NCBI GenBank assembly: GCA_045576695.1
Contig: JAZNGY010000075.1
Coordinates: 46,097-110,096 of the forward strand
Direction of reading: 5' to 3'
Source of the DNA: Akkermansia sp.
GTDB taxonomy: Bacteria; Verrucomicrobiota; Verrucomicrobiia; Verrucomicrobiales; Akkermansiaceae
DNA length: 64,000 nucleotides
The position numbers and the translations under genes are program-made. How positions within the stretch are numbered: the first letter of the stretch is position 1; every line of letters starts with the position of its first letter. Below, piece after piece: positions 26,234 to 35,873 of this stretch. The notes beneath the pieces are model-generated. The model was not told where the DNA came from and ran no database searches. It worked only from the letters and a program-made list of their open reading frames with translations.

Positions 26234-28710
26234 CCACAATGGACTCAAATCCTTCCAACAGCAACAACGCCCAGGCTCAGTCTACGGACTGGGCTTTGGT
26301 GCGTGAATTCTACCTCACTTGCCGCAGCTACAAGCAGACTGCCGAGCATTTTGGGCTCAACCCCGACACGATAAAGACACGCTGCCGCCGCGAGGACTGG
26401 AAAAACATGAACCATGAACCCTCACAGGAGGTTCAAATGGGCAATTCTGAACCCTCAGTTGAACCTTTTGGCGTGAACCCTGAACCCTCTGCTGATGCCT
26501 TTGCCGGCTTCCCGGCCTTGCCTATGCGCCCGAACCTGATGGCCGCTGCGATTTCCTTCGGCCAGCCTTGGCAGCAGCGCGTGATCGCCCACGACAAGCT
26601 CCGTGATAAAGCCGCCTACCGCTCCTACATCTGCAACCCGGCTACGAAAGATTGCCTGTTCAGCGGCATCCGCGGCATGAACAAGCATGAGATGGTGAGC
26701 CGCGAGAATCCGGCCGTCAGCATGATAGCCGTGGTAGCGGATTATGATATGGTGATGAGTGATGAGGAAAGAAAGAAAAAGACCGCAAAACTCACCATCA
26801 AGCCCAACTTCATCAGCTCCTCCTACTCCGGCGGCACACATGCGGTCTGGTTCTTGCAAGCCCCGCTGCCGCTGATGCCTAACGCCGAAATGGTACAGGC
26901 TTTGCTTGAGACGATTGTACGTAAACTCAAGCTCAAGAACGCCTACGGCCAGCTAGACGGCAAGGCTTTCTACAACACTTCGCAATACTACCACGCTGGC
27001 TGGAACTGGCAGCAGATCAGCACGGAGCCCATCGCAGAGTCCATGTCCTTACTCTGGCTGGACGAGGCTCTGAAGAAAAGCAAATTCACGACCACTGGCA
27101 CCCAGATTCCTCTCGCGCGTATATGGGAGGAAATGCAAAAGCGCGGCTGGGACAAGAAGTGGGGCGGCGATAAAGCATTTGAGCTGGGTGCGCGAGGTGT
27201 GCGCTTTTGGGATCCGCTGGCTGATTGCCCCACCGCCGCGATAGTGAAAGAAAATGGCATGATTTGCTTCACAGGCCCATTCCCGTTCCAATCGTGGGCA
27301 GACATCTTCGGCTCTGACTTCATTGACGCTTTCCGCGCCGACACGTTCGGTAAGGCCTTGAGCGAGTGCTATATGGTCAATAACACCTTCTACGTCTGCA
27401 ACGAGCTGAGAAGCGAAAATGGCAGCTACAAGCCTTGCCTACTCACCTATAACCGCCAGAACTTCGAATCCCTAGCTACAGAGAAGTACGGCCTTAACAG
27501 CAAGCCTGAACAGGAGGGTGAGGACAGCCCGGTGAAGCAGTTGGTAGCGAAAATCGCCACCTACAACACGCTTCCGGCAGCCTGTCCATTCATTTACCGC
27601 AAGGAGCGCATCATTCATATTCAGGGTGAAGCACGACTCAATACCAGCTTCCTGCGCGTACATGAGCCTGATTTGAGCAAGGGTCAGGAGTGGGGCGATG
27701 GCTTCCCTTGGATTGCTTCATTCATGGAACGCCTGTTCCCTGATATCATCCAGCGCGACCGATTTATGGCCGCTTGGGCATACGCCTACCGAAACGCTTA
27801 CAAGGGCGAGCCGAAGAACGGCCACACTATTTTCATTGCTGGATCTGTGGGCAGCGGTAAAAACTTCCTAAGTGAATGCCTGTATGGTGCAAGTATGGGT
27901 GGAGCGGTTGATGCCAGCGAGTACGTCCTCGGGCAGACTCGTTTCAATGACCACCTCATGGGCAGCGGCGTGTGGACGCTAAACGATACTGTGTCCAAGG
28001 GCGACTACCGCGAGCGTGCCATTTTCGCCAAGAGCTTAAAGAAGATGGCCGCAAACCACTTTCATTCCTGCGAAGGCAAATACAAGAGCGCCACCGGGAT
28101 TTATTGGAGTGGCCGCATCATTGTCACGCTCAACACCGACCCTGATTCCCTCCAGCTTCTTCCGGACATCGAACTATCCAACCGCGATAAGCTCAGCCTG
28201 TTCAAGACTACTGACGAGCCGATGAATGATGCCGATGGCGCTGCTAAAGCTAAAGCGGAGATGGGGGCGCTTTGCTCATTCCTGCTCAACTGGGAGATAC
28301 CTGAACATTGCGTAGGCGATGCAAGATGGGGAGTGCGCAATTATTTGCACCCTGAGCTGCTTGCAGAGGCTTCAGATTCCAGCCCTACAGCCTCGTTCCG
28401 CGAGATATTGACGCTGTTTGTAAAGGACTGCTTTGATGCGGATAAGAGCTTGCAAGAGCTGAAAGGCTCGTCTACGTGGTTCATGCAACAAATGCTGCTG
28501 CAGGACGGATTGAAAGACATGATACGAGGGGCTGTAACGCCCACGAGCATCGGCAGGCGTATCAGCAAGCTCGCCAGCGCCGGGGACTTCCCCTTGGTCT
28601 ATGATCGCCAGTCTAAAGCACGTGAGTGGGCTATCGACCGCAATGCTTTCATGGAATACCTTAACAGCCCTAATCAGGAAGGAGAACTCGATGAGCTTTG
28701 CCCATTCTAA
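26230..28710 (+). CDS. Primase-helicase (SF3/D5-like C-terminus) with N-terminal HTH
   Basis: GSVGSGKN Walker A, WTLND Walker B region; overlaps polymerase stop. Confidence 0.75.
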   Translation: MTTMDSNPSNSNNAQAQSTDWALVREFYLTCRSYKQTAEHFGLNPDTIKTRCRREDWKNMNHEPSQEVQMGNSEPSVEPFGVNPEPSADAFAGFPALPMRPNLMAAAISFGQPWQQRVIAHDKLRDKAAYRSYICNPATKDCLFSGIRGMNKHEMVSRENPAVSMIAVVADYDMVMSDEERKKKTAKLTIKPNFISSSYSGGTHAVWFLQAPLPLMPNAEMVQALLETIVRKLKLKNAYGQLDGKAFYNTSQYYHAGWNWQQISTEPIAESMSLLWLDEALKKSKFTTTGTQIPLARIWEEMQKRGWDKKWGGDKAFELGARGVRFWDPLADCPTAAIVKENGMICFTGPFPFQSWADIFGSDFIDAFRADTFGKALSECYMVNNTFYVCNELRSENGSYKPCLLTYNRQNFESLATEKYGLNSKPEQEGEDSPVKQLVAKIATYNTLPAACPFIYRKERIIHIQGEARLNTSFLRVHEPDLSKGQEWGDGFPWIASFMERLFPDIIQRDRFMAAWAYAYRNAYKGEPKNGHTIFIAGSVGSGKNFLSECLYGASMGGAVDASEYVLGQTRFNDHLMGSGVWTLNDTVSKGDYRERAIFAKSLKKMAANHFHSCEGKYKSATGIYWSGRIIVTLNTDPDSLQLLPDIELSNRDKLSLFKTTDEPMNDADGAAKAKAEMGALCSFLLNWEIPEHCVGDARWGVRNYLHPELLAEASDSSPTASFREILTLFVKDCFDADKSLQELKGSSTWFMQQMLLQDGLKDMIRGAVTPTSIGRRISKLASAGDFPLVYDRQSKAREWAIDRNAFMEYLNSPNQEGELDELCPF

Positions 28711-28723
28711 GGCTCTTTGGCTC

Positions 28724-28955
28724 GTGACACTTAACGAAGCTGTGACACTGGAGAAATCTAGTGTCACAGCAAAGTGTCATTCTGCTAAGCTGTTGCCTAT
28801 TAAGCTGTTTCTCTCCTTAATGACACTTGTGACACTTTATTGTACAGATAAAGTATATAGGGGAGAAAAGAATAATGAGAAGTGTATACGTGTGAAATTT
28901 ATATATACGTGTATAGGACTCGTTAAAAACGAAAGTGTCATCTGTCATGTGTCAC
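28724..28955. repeat. Eight RTGACAC repeats in both orientations (candidate origin)
   Basis: Forward at 28724, 28742, 28820, 28829; reverse at 28761, 28774, 28935, 28949; AT-rich core between. Confidence 0.7.
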
Positions 28956-28998
28956 AACTCGCCGCCGCACCCTACAACCTTTGACACCATACCCCCTT

Positions 28999-29562
28999 AT
29001 GTCTAAGAACGATTTATACGCCATCAAGGAAGCCTATCGGCGAAAGCTGTACGAAGAAGCCTACGAGAGTGCCGAGGCAAAAGCTTGGCGCGAGTCTCTC
29101 TCCCCGGCTGAACGCGAACGCGCCGAAGCCCTAGGACTTCTACAGGCCTTGCCTGATACGGACGTTAGCAGCCGAAGCCTTGACACCATCCCCCTCAAGA
29201 TGCAGCCCCAGGAAATCATGGAAATAGAAAGCGAAGAACAGTCGGTAGCAGCACCGCTCCGCAACAAGCTCAGTAAGAATCGCGCCGAGATTCTTACCAC
29301 GCTTGGTATGCAGGATGTACAGGAGCTGCAAGCCTTTCTGACTCAGGGCGGCAACCCGAAGCTTCGCGCCGCCTGTCTCAACTACCTACTCGACCAAGGA
29401 AGCACCACCATCGAGGAATGTGCGAAGAAGATGGGGATGAGCAAGCAAGCTTTACACTACCACGTCCGGCAGATTGAGAAGCAGCTGGGCTTGCCACCTA
29501 TGGGCAACCAGCGCAAGCAATCCTCTCGTGAATCCTATCGTCTCAGCAATCGCCGCCGCTAA
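28999..29562 (+). CDS. HTH DNA-binding protein
   Basis: TIEECAKKMGMSKQALHYHVRQIEKQLG; ATG follows the TTTGACA motif. Confidence 0.75.
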   Translation: MSKNDLYAIKEAYRRKLYEEAYESAEAKAWRESLSPAERERAEALGLLQALPDTDVSSRSLDTIPLKMQPQEIMEIESEEQSVAAPLRNKLSKNRAEILTTLGMQDVQELQAFLTQGGNPKLRAACLNYLLDQGSTTIEECAKKMGMSKQALHYHVRQIEKQLGLPPMGNQRKQSSRESYRLSNRRR

Positions 29563-29584
29563 TTTTGACAACTATTCAGAATAT

Positions 29585-30364
29585 ATGGAAACAAACACTT
29601 CTGAAATTGCAATCGAAGAAAGTGGTTGTAGTGTTAACACTACAAGCAAAATGTTACCCGGCATTGTTGAGTCCGGTGTGATAGGTATTCAAATGAGTGG
29701 CAATGGACTCATTATCAGCAAGGAGGATATTACAGCCGAGGATTACAATGCCGTATTCCGTACTGTGCTGTCCATCAACAAATCGAGCTGCTGGCTGCTG
29801 GGTGACATTCTTCTGCTCGGTGACCGCCGCTGGGGCAACCAGTACACCACAGGCAAGTACGAGGAGGCCATGCAAGCTACTGGCTTGTCACGAAATACGC
29901 TCCGCGATATCGTGCGAACGTGCAAGAAGTTCCCGGTAGACAAGCGACATCCCGGCCTGTCCTTTACGCACCACCAAGAGATTGCCCGCACCGATGCCGA
30001 CCCTGACCAGCGCGAAGAAGTCTTACAGAAAGCTGCCGAGGATAAGCTGACATGTACAGCCCTCCGCAAGCAACTGCATCAGACCAAGTTTAAGCCTGAG
30101 CCTGAGGTAGACATGAGCCACCCGCCTGTAGGCGAAGAACCTGACCGCCTGGGGATTCTCGACCTGCCGGAGCGAGTGAGCCCTGATGCCCCGCCTAAGT
30201 GGGATGCTCTCAACTTCGGCCGATGGGCAGCAAAGCAAGAGCCCTGCGAATATACTCGCGAACAATGCGATGCCGCGCTTGAGCTACTGAAGCCTTTGCT
30301 GGAATACCATGAAGAAATCATGTTCCGCCTGAAGGAGCTTGACGAAGCCGTAACCACCGCCTGA
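29585..30364 (+). CDS. LmbU-like DNA-binding protein
   Basis: WLLGD...YEEAMQATGLSRNTLR...RHPGLSFTHHQEIA resembles the LmbU-family core. Confidence 0.6.
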   Translation: METNTSEIAIEESGCSVNTTSKMLPGIVESGVIGIQMSGNGLIISKEDITAEDYNAVFRTVLSINKSSCWLLGDILLLGDRRWGNQYTTGKYEEAMQATGLSRNTLRDIVRTCKKFPVDKRHPGLSFTHHQEIARTDADPDQREEVLQKAAEDKLTCTALRKQLHQTKFKPEPEVDMSHPPVGEEPDRLGILDLPERVSPDAPPKWDALNFGRWAAKQEPCEYTREQCDAALELLKPLLEYHEEIMFRLKELDEAVTTA

Positions 30365-30824
30365 CACCAGCTAAACCTGCCTATGGGGAACACGAAAAAG
30401 CCAGTTCAGCGGGCGCTCAGCCGCCGCAAAAGCCGAATTACGGGGCTTTTGGCCTCAAAAAATCGGATTCATGGTGGCCATCGTCATCTAAGGAATCTAT
30501 TGACTGTCAATCACTAGACTTGCCCCGGCTTGTGCGAGCGCACTTCTCGCGCGAAACACTTTTTATGCTTTCCCACTTTGCAACGCCTTGTAGGGCGCGT
30601 CAGCGCCCCTCATGGCAAGCTGAGAAAAGTTCATCTAACTCTCGTAAAATCAGATGCTAAACCTCGCCTCAGTAAAGAGCGTCTCGGATGGCTTGCCAAG
30701 AGCGCAAATGAGCATAGGGTCGTTGCTCAACGGCTGCACTCCTTTCGGTGGAAGCTTTATGCGCTCCACGGCTCCCTCCAGCCCCTCATTTTTCCCATTT
30801 CCTCAACACTAAACACAACACATC

Positions 30825-31091
30825 ATGACCAAAAATACAGATAAAGACAACACCGCCGCCCGCAAGAGCAACTTGCTTGACTACATCCTTACAGCCGTTG
30901 GCTGCACGCTTATTCTGTACTGCTGCGTAGATTGGCACTTCACGTCTAAGCGCTTGAGAGCTGAGCTTGACGCCTGTCACCAGCAGCTCATGGAAAACAT
31001 GGAGGAAAGCACACGCAGAATACAGGAGGACACGGAAAGGCTGAAAGCCTTAAACGCAGAAAATCAAGCAATTACTGCCGAAGAAAAATAA
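30825..31091 (+). CDS. Small membrane-anchored coiled-coil protein
   Basis: One hydrophobic helix followed by a coiled coil. Confidence 0.55.
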   Translation: MTKNTDKDNTAARKSNLLDYILTAVGCTLILYCCVDWHFTSKRLRAELDACHQQLMENMEESTRRIQEDTERLKALNAENQAITAEEK

Positions 31092-31158
31092 AAAAACTGC
31101 TGGACTTGTACGCTCAATATGCTACAGTATAGAAAGCGATAAACCGCTAACTATAAAT

Positions 31159-31494
31159 ATGCAAGAGCTAATCAAAACAGCGTGGCCCGGAGCCTTGGTA
31201 GATGCAGAAACCCTGCAATACGAACTCTGGGGAGAATCCAAGCAACCGAAAGAGAGTCAGGTTATCGTTCACGAGCCTGACTCTTTTAATCGCGGGGGTA
31301 TCACAGTAACCTTCGGTAGCATCCAGACTCACAACGGCGCCAACATGGCAAGGGTGATAGCCCTGCCGGATGGGCTTCGCAAGCTGGAATGGTACAGAGT
31401 CACCAAGGACTTCGATATACAGCCTATCTCCACCATCATTCACCACTTCCCGGAGAACATGAAAGAGGAGTGGCTTTCCAATTTCCCCGAATAA
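31159..31494 (+). CDS. Hypothetical protein in promoter-led cassette
   Basis: Preceded by TGGACT-16-TACAGT promoter; shares an RxxAxxDGxRKLEW motif with the next gene. Confidence 0.65.
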   Translation: MQELIKTAWPGALVDAETLQYELWGESKQPKESQVIVHEPDSFNRGGITVTFGSIQTHNGANMARVIALPDGLRKLEWYRVTKDFDIQPISTIIHHFPENMKEEWLSNFPE

Positions 31495-31513
31495 CCAACA
31501 CAACACAGAATCC

Positions 31514-32170
31514 ATGAGCAACGAATACACACCTGAACAGGAAGCACAAGCCCAGAAAATCGCACTCCAGATAGCTGAGGAGCTGGCGGGCGGTCTACAG
31601 AACATCATCGTCTGCACCGGCTGCAAGGATTTCCTTGCCCTGACAGCGAATGAAGAGAAGAAGCAGCTCGGCGGGCTGGTATTCCGATACCCGCGCCGCT
31701 TTGCCAGCAACCACTCCAACGAGGTACGCATCTTCGCGATGCAGGATGGAACCCGCAAGCTGGAATGGGGCTATGTATCCAAGAAAGGATATCTGCTCCT
31801 TGAAACGGAAGAGGGCGTAAGCCCTGACAAGCTGGAGGAAGTCTGGTGGGAACACACCGCCTGTACAGTACGCCCGCCGTGGTTCATAGAAGCCTGCCGG
31901 ATTAAGGTGAAGCTGGGGCAAACAGTCGTAACTATGGGAGCCGATGAAGCCTTTACGAAAGAAGAGATAGCCAAGTGCATGAAGCGCCACTCCTACGGAG
32001 ACTGGGGCGATTGCTGCGAGGAGGACAAAAAGACCAACGATGCCGCCATCGACCCGAAAGACCCCGGAAGAGTCATGAGCGTATACAAGTTCGAAGATGG
32101 TCGCGTCCTCTGGGTTATCACGGAGTGGGACAGAAGCCGAACCACCGCGCTACTGCCGGAAGAATACTAA
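31514..32170 (+). CDS. Hypothetical protein with C-terminal HxxGDWG plasmid/phage domain
   Basis: RHSYGDWGDCCEEDKKTN...LWVITEWDRSRTTALLPEEY. Confidence 0.7.
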   Translation: MSNEYTPEQEAQAQKIALQIAEELAGGLQNIIVCTGCKDFLALTANEEKKQLGGLVFRYPRRFASNHSNEVRIFAMQDGTRKLEWGYVSKKGYLLLETEEGVSPDKLEEVWWEHTACTVRPPWFIEACRIKVKLGQTVVTMGADEAFTKEEIAKCMKRHSYGDWGDCCEEDKKTNDAAIDPKDPGRVMSVYKFEDGRVLWVITEWDRSRTTALLPEEY

Positions 32171-32220
32171 ACAGCAACAACATTAACCTTTAACCCCGCC
32201 CCGCAAGGGGCATCCCCTTT

Positions 32221-32874
32221 ATGTCGAATATCGTTACACCAGCCCAAGCCGATACAGTTCTTGAAGTCAACCGCGCCAATGCTATCAAGCAAGCTATTTC
32301 CAAGGTGAAGTCCAAGAAAACACTCACCAAGGCCGAAGTAGATTTGTTGCAATCCATCGCCTACAGTCCCGGCCAAAAGGGTGACCTGACCATTACCGAA
32401 GCCAAGACCGTTGTTGATTTGGCAGCGGCTCTGGGTGTATGCCGGAGAACGATAGGCAACTGGCGTAAGCTGGAGGGTGCGCCGGAGCCGAAACCGAATG
32501 GCACGCACGATGTCATTGCATGGCGTAAGTTTATGCACGAGAAACGGCTGGATGGTACAGAGCCCGGCGATGAAGAGGGCTTGAAAGTCCGCAAGCTCAT
32601 GGCTGAAATCCATGAAAAAGAGTTCCGCTTGGCTATCCGCAAGGGTGAGTACATCCGCAAAGACCTTGTGCGTGAAGCATGGCTGAGCCGTTGCGGGCGC
32701 GTGGTGAATCTGCTGCGTTCCAAGTTTGAAAAAGAGATGCCACCTGTCTTGGCCGGGAAAGATGCGCCGAGCATACAGGAGGCTCTGGCTCAGGCGATAG
32801 ACGAAGTGTTGACGGCTCTGCACGATGGCACAGGTGCGGACTCCGGCGGCAACAAGGAGAGCTTAACGCCCTGA
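32221..32874 (+). CDS. Terminase small subunit (Nu1-like)
   Basis: HTH DLAAALGVCRRTIGNW, coiled coil; lies before the GpA-type large subunit. Confidence 0.7.
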   Translation: MSNIVTPAQADTVLEVNRANAIKQAISKVKSKKTLTKAEVDLLQSIAYSPGQKGDLTITEAKTVVDLAAALGVCRRTIGNWRKLEGAPEPKPNGTHDVIAWRKFMHEKRLDGTEPGDEEGLKVRKLMAEIHEKEFRLAIRKGEYIRKDLVREAWLSRCGRVVNLLRSKFEKEMPPVLAGKDAPSIQEALAQAIDEVLTALHDGTGADSGGNKESLTP

Positions 32875-32897
32875 CTTTTGACAACCCGCCAGAGCAT

Positions 32898-33254
32898 GTG
32901 CCACCTAAAGCAAAACAAAAGACCTCGGTATTGGAAGAACGCTTCGCCCGCATGTGGGATGCGCTCGGTGGCCCTGTGCTGAAACGCGAGTATCAATTTG
33001 TACCGACCCGCCGCTGGCGTGCGGACTTTGCTTGGGAAGATGCCCACATACTCGTTGAGATTGAGGGCGGCGTTTGGAGTGGAGGTCGGCATCTGACACC
33101 CCGAGGCTTCCTCAATGATGCCGAGAAATACCTCACGGCCACGCTCCAAGGTTGGACTGTCATTCGCCTGACAGCCCCGCAGATTAACCCCGCCACCCTC
33201 AAACAGATTCTTGATTATGCCCGAGAACGAATATCTGGAAGCCCTGTGGCGTGA
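32898..33254 (+). CDS. PD-(D/E)XK endonuclease (DUF559/Vsr-like)
   Basis: RRWRADFAW...LVEIEGG...GRH...KY...GWTVIR. Confidence 0.75.
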   Translation: MPPKAKQKTSVLEERFARMWDALGGPVLKREYQFVPTRRWRADFAWEDAHILVEIEGGVWSGGRHLTPRGFLNDAEKYLTATLQGWTVIRLTAPQINPATLKQILDYARERISGSPVA

Positions 33255-34971
33255 AGCATGGACTCCACCCGACCGCCAAGATGTATGGGCTTGGGCTGAA
33301 CACCATATTGAAAGCATCCCATATTCGCCTATCCCGGGCAGATTCCGAGTCCTCCATTCTCCTATGCTCAAGGAAGTAATGCAGGAAATGGTGAATCCGC
33401 GTACCCGCCTTGTTTCAATCATTGCAGCTGTGCAGAGTTCCAAGTCCACCGCGATTGAGGTGGCTCTCTGCTATATCATATCCAACCTGCCTGGGCCTAC
33501 ACTCTGGCTGGATCAGAACGATGATGACGCCAAAGACCAAGCAGAGGGACGCTTGCGTAAGCTCTTTGATAGCTGCCAGCCAGTCAAAGCCCTGTACCCG
33601 GCAGACAAGTACAAGATGCGCAATACCACCATCCACTTTGCCAACGGCATGACTCTATGGGTGGAGGGCGCATACAACAAGAGCAACCTGCAGCGCCGCT
33701 CTATCCGCTGGCTGATTGGTGACGAAACATGGCGTTGGCCGCAAGGCCACATGGCTGAAGCTGAAGCTCGTACCACCGCTTTCGGCTGGCTGGGCAAGTG
33801 TATCTTCTGCTCACAGGGCGGCTTCGATGGTGACGATACGCACACCAAGTTCGGTACGACCGACCAAAGAGAGTGGATGTTCACCTGTCCGCATTGTGGT
33901 AAGGAACAGGCCTTTTCGTGGACTTGCGTTGAATGGGCAAAGGATTGCAAGGATGCTGATGGTAACTATGACTTCCGCAAGGTACGCGCTACCACTTACA
34001 TGCGCTGCGTCCATTGCCAAGCGCACTTTGAGGACAGAGACGATGTCCGGCGTGATCTCAACGCTTCAGGTCGATTTGTAGTTCAGAATCCTAATGCAGC
34101 TTCCGAATACGTGGGCTTTCATTGGAATGCGCTGGCCACCATGAGCTGGGGCATGCTGGCTGAGCTGTACCTCCGCGCCAAGGCTGCGGCGCGTAAAAGC
34201 GACTATACCCAGCTGCAGCAGTTTTACCAGAAGCGCCTCGCATTGCCTTGGAACGATGTGCAGGAGGATTACCATATCGAAACCACGCCATCTGATTACC
34301 GCATCGGTGAGCCCTGGGAGAATGAGGGTAATATCGGCGGTATATCGTTACGCTTCCTGACTGTAGACGTGCAGCGAGAAAGTTTTTATGTGGTTGTACG
34401 CTCATGGGCGTTGGATGGCAGCTCGCGCATGATGGACTGCGCGCATGTGCAGACGTGGGAGGATATTGTCTCTATGCAGGAGAAGTATGGGGTACGCGCG
34501 AATCTTGTCTTTGTGGATGCCGGCTATTCAACGTACGAGGTGTATGCCCATTGTGCGGAGCATGGATGGACTGCCCTGATGGGTGATAAGCGCAACACGT
34601 TCACACATCGCCCCAGCGGCGGGCAGACTGTTGAGCGATTCTACTCGCCTAAGCGTAGCATCAACCTCGGCTACAACAAAGGCGGTCAGAGTTTCTGCGA
34701 TATGTACTTCTGGAGTAACCTGAACGTAAAGGATGCACTCTTCCGCTTGCGAAAGAATGTTACCGCGCCCCTGTGGGAAGTACCATCCAACGCGCCTACC
34801 GAATATCTCGACATGTTGGACTCCGAAAGCCGTACCTACGATAAAGGACGTTGGATATGGAAGCAGATTGGTGAACGCCCGAACCACTATCTCGACTGTG
34901 AGGCCATGCAGGTCTGCGCAGCTATCATGCTCAAGCTTGTAGGCTCAGAGAGCGTGAGTTCGAGCGAATAA
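33217..34971 (+). CDS. Terminase large subunit, lambda GpA family
   Basis: AAVQSSKS Walker A variant, LIGDE, CPHCG, NHYLDCE nuclease motif. Confidence 0.92.
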   Translation: MPENEYLEALWREAWTPPDRQDVWAWAEHHIESIPYSPIPGRFRVLHSPMLKEVMQEMVNPRTRLVSIIAAVQSSKSTAIEVALCYIISNLPGPTLWLDQNDDDAKDQAEGRLRKLFDSCQPVKALYPADKYKMRNTTIHFANGMTLWVEGAYNKSNLQRRSIRWLIGDETWRWPQGHMAEAEARTTAFGWLGKCIFCSQGGFDGDDTHTKFGTTDQREWMFTCPHCGKEQAFSWTCVEWAKDCKDADGNYDFRKVRATTYMRCVHCQAHFEDRDDVRRDLNASGRFVVQNPNAASEYVGFHWNALATMSWGMLAELYLRAKAAARKSDYTQLQQFYQKRLALPWNDVQEDYHIETTPSDYRIGEPWENEGNIGGISLRFLTVDVQRESFYVVVRSWALDGSSRMMDCAHVQTWEDIVSMQEKYGVRANLVFVDAGYSTYEVYAHCAEHGWTALMGDKRNTFTHRPSGGQTVERFYSPKRSINLGYNKGGQSFCDMYFWSNLNVKDALFRLRKNVTAPLWEVPSNAPTEYLDMLDSESRTYDKGRWIWKQIGERPNHYLDCEAMQVCAAIMLKLVGSESVSSSE

Positions 34972-34979
34972 ACAGAGAC

Positions 34980-35286
34980 TTTAACCCCTGATTTAACCGG
35001 ATTCTTCGAGTTAAATTGAGGTCAAATCGGGGTTAAAGCGGGGTTAGATAGGAGTCAAATTAAGGTCAAATCGCTATCAAACACCTGTCAAATTAAGGTC
35101 AAATTAAGCTCAAATTAAGGTCAAACTGCGGTTAAAGCGGTCAAAAAGCGGTTAAACTGCCCGATTTTAGGTTAAACAGCTGTTAAAGAGCTGTCGAATG
35201 CAGGTCAAATCGAGGTTAGATTGAGGTCAAACTCCTGACAAATCACGGTCAAATCGGGGTCAAATCGGGGTCAAACTCCTGTTGAA
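34980..35286. repeat. Degenerate 11-bp tandem array (~25 units, core GGT(C/T)AAA)
   Basis: Cores every 11 bp at 35010-35131 (12 units) and 35171-35281 (11 units), plus 35140 and 35151; two inverted units at 34980-34999. Confidence 0.9.
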
Positions 35287-35321
35287 GTGCTATCGTCTTT
35301 GACGTGTGTGTGGCTGCGCAC

Positions 35322-35795
35322 TTAATCGTCTTGCTCGTCCTCTATTTTCTTGAGCACAATGTAACTTGCAACGCAACCTACAACCAGACCAATTAACGCA
35401 CCAAGTGCAGGATTGGCGTGTTTGAACAAACAACCAATACCAGCACCAATACCGCTTACAAGAGCTATAACATGGCATGCGATAACGAAACGGCAGACAA
35501 CTCGAACGAGCCGACACGTAGCCGGAAGATTCGCCAGATTGAGTAGCTCAGGGACGGGAAGATTCTCCTTTTCCTCATCGTCATCTTCCTCTTCAGCCTC
35601 AAGTTTAGCTGCTTTTCTTCTTGTCTTGGAGCGTGCAGCAATGACCTCTCCAAGAGGAAGCCATTTTGATTCGCCTTTTTTGCAAACTTGCGTATCATCG
35701 AAGATTTTACCTTCTTGCCGCAATATCATGATATGTTCAAAGGAATAAGTCCCTTTGACCTGATTATTATCATCCGTGTAGTAGTATTCGGCCAT
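35322..35795 (-). CDS. GYF_2 (DUF4339)-like domain membrane protein
   Basis: YYY...QVKGTYS...G.I..DTQVCKKGESKWLPLGEV followed by two TM helices; antisense to late genes. Confidence 0.7.
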   Translation of the reverse strand: MAEYYYTDDNNQVKGTYSFEHIMILRQEGKIFDDTQVCKKGESKWLPLGEVIAARSKTRRKAAKLEAEEEDDDEEKENLPVPELLNLANLPATCRLVRVVCRFVIACHVIALVSGIGAGIGCLFKHANPALGALIGLVVGCVASYIVLKKIEDEQDD

Positions 35796-35873
35796 GGCAT
35801 CCATCATAGTGACAATAGTATTATATATTTGATGGCGAGTCAAGTATGCTTTTTTGACAAGCCGCCGGAGTGC

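Noticed and set aside
34980-35286. Possible CRISPR array
   Set aside because: Units are 11 bp, degenerate and contiguous with no unique spacers, and there are no cas genes. The Cas4-like nuclease at 17740 is a phage recombination-type enzyme.
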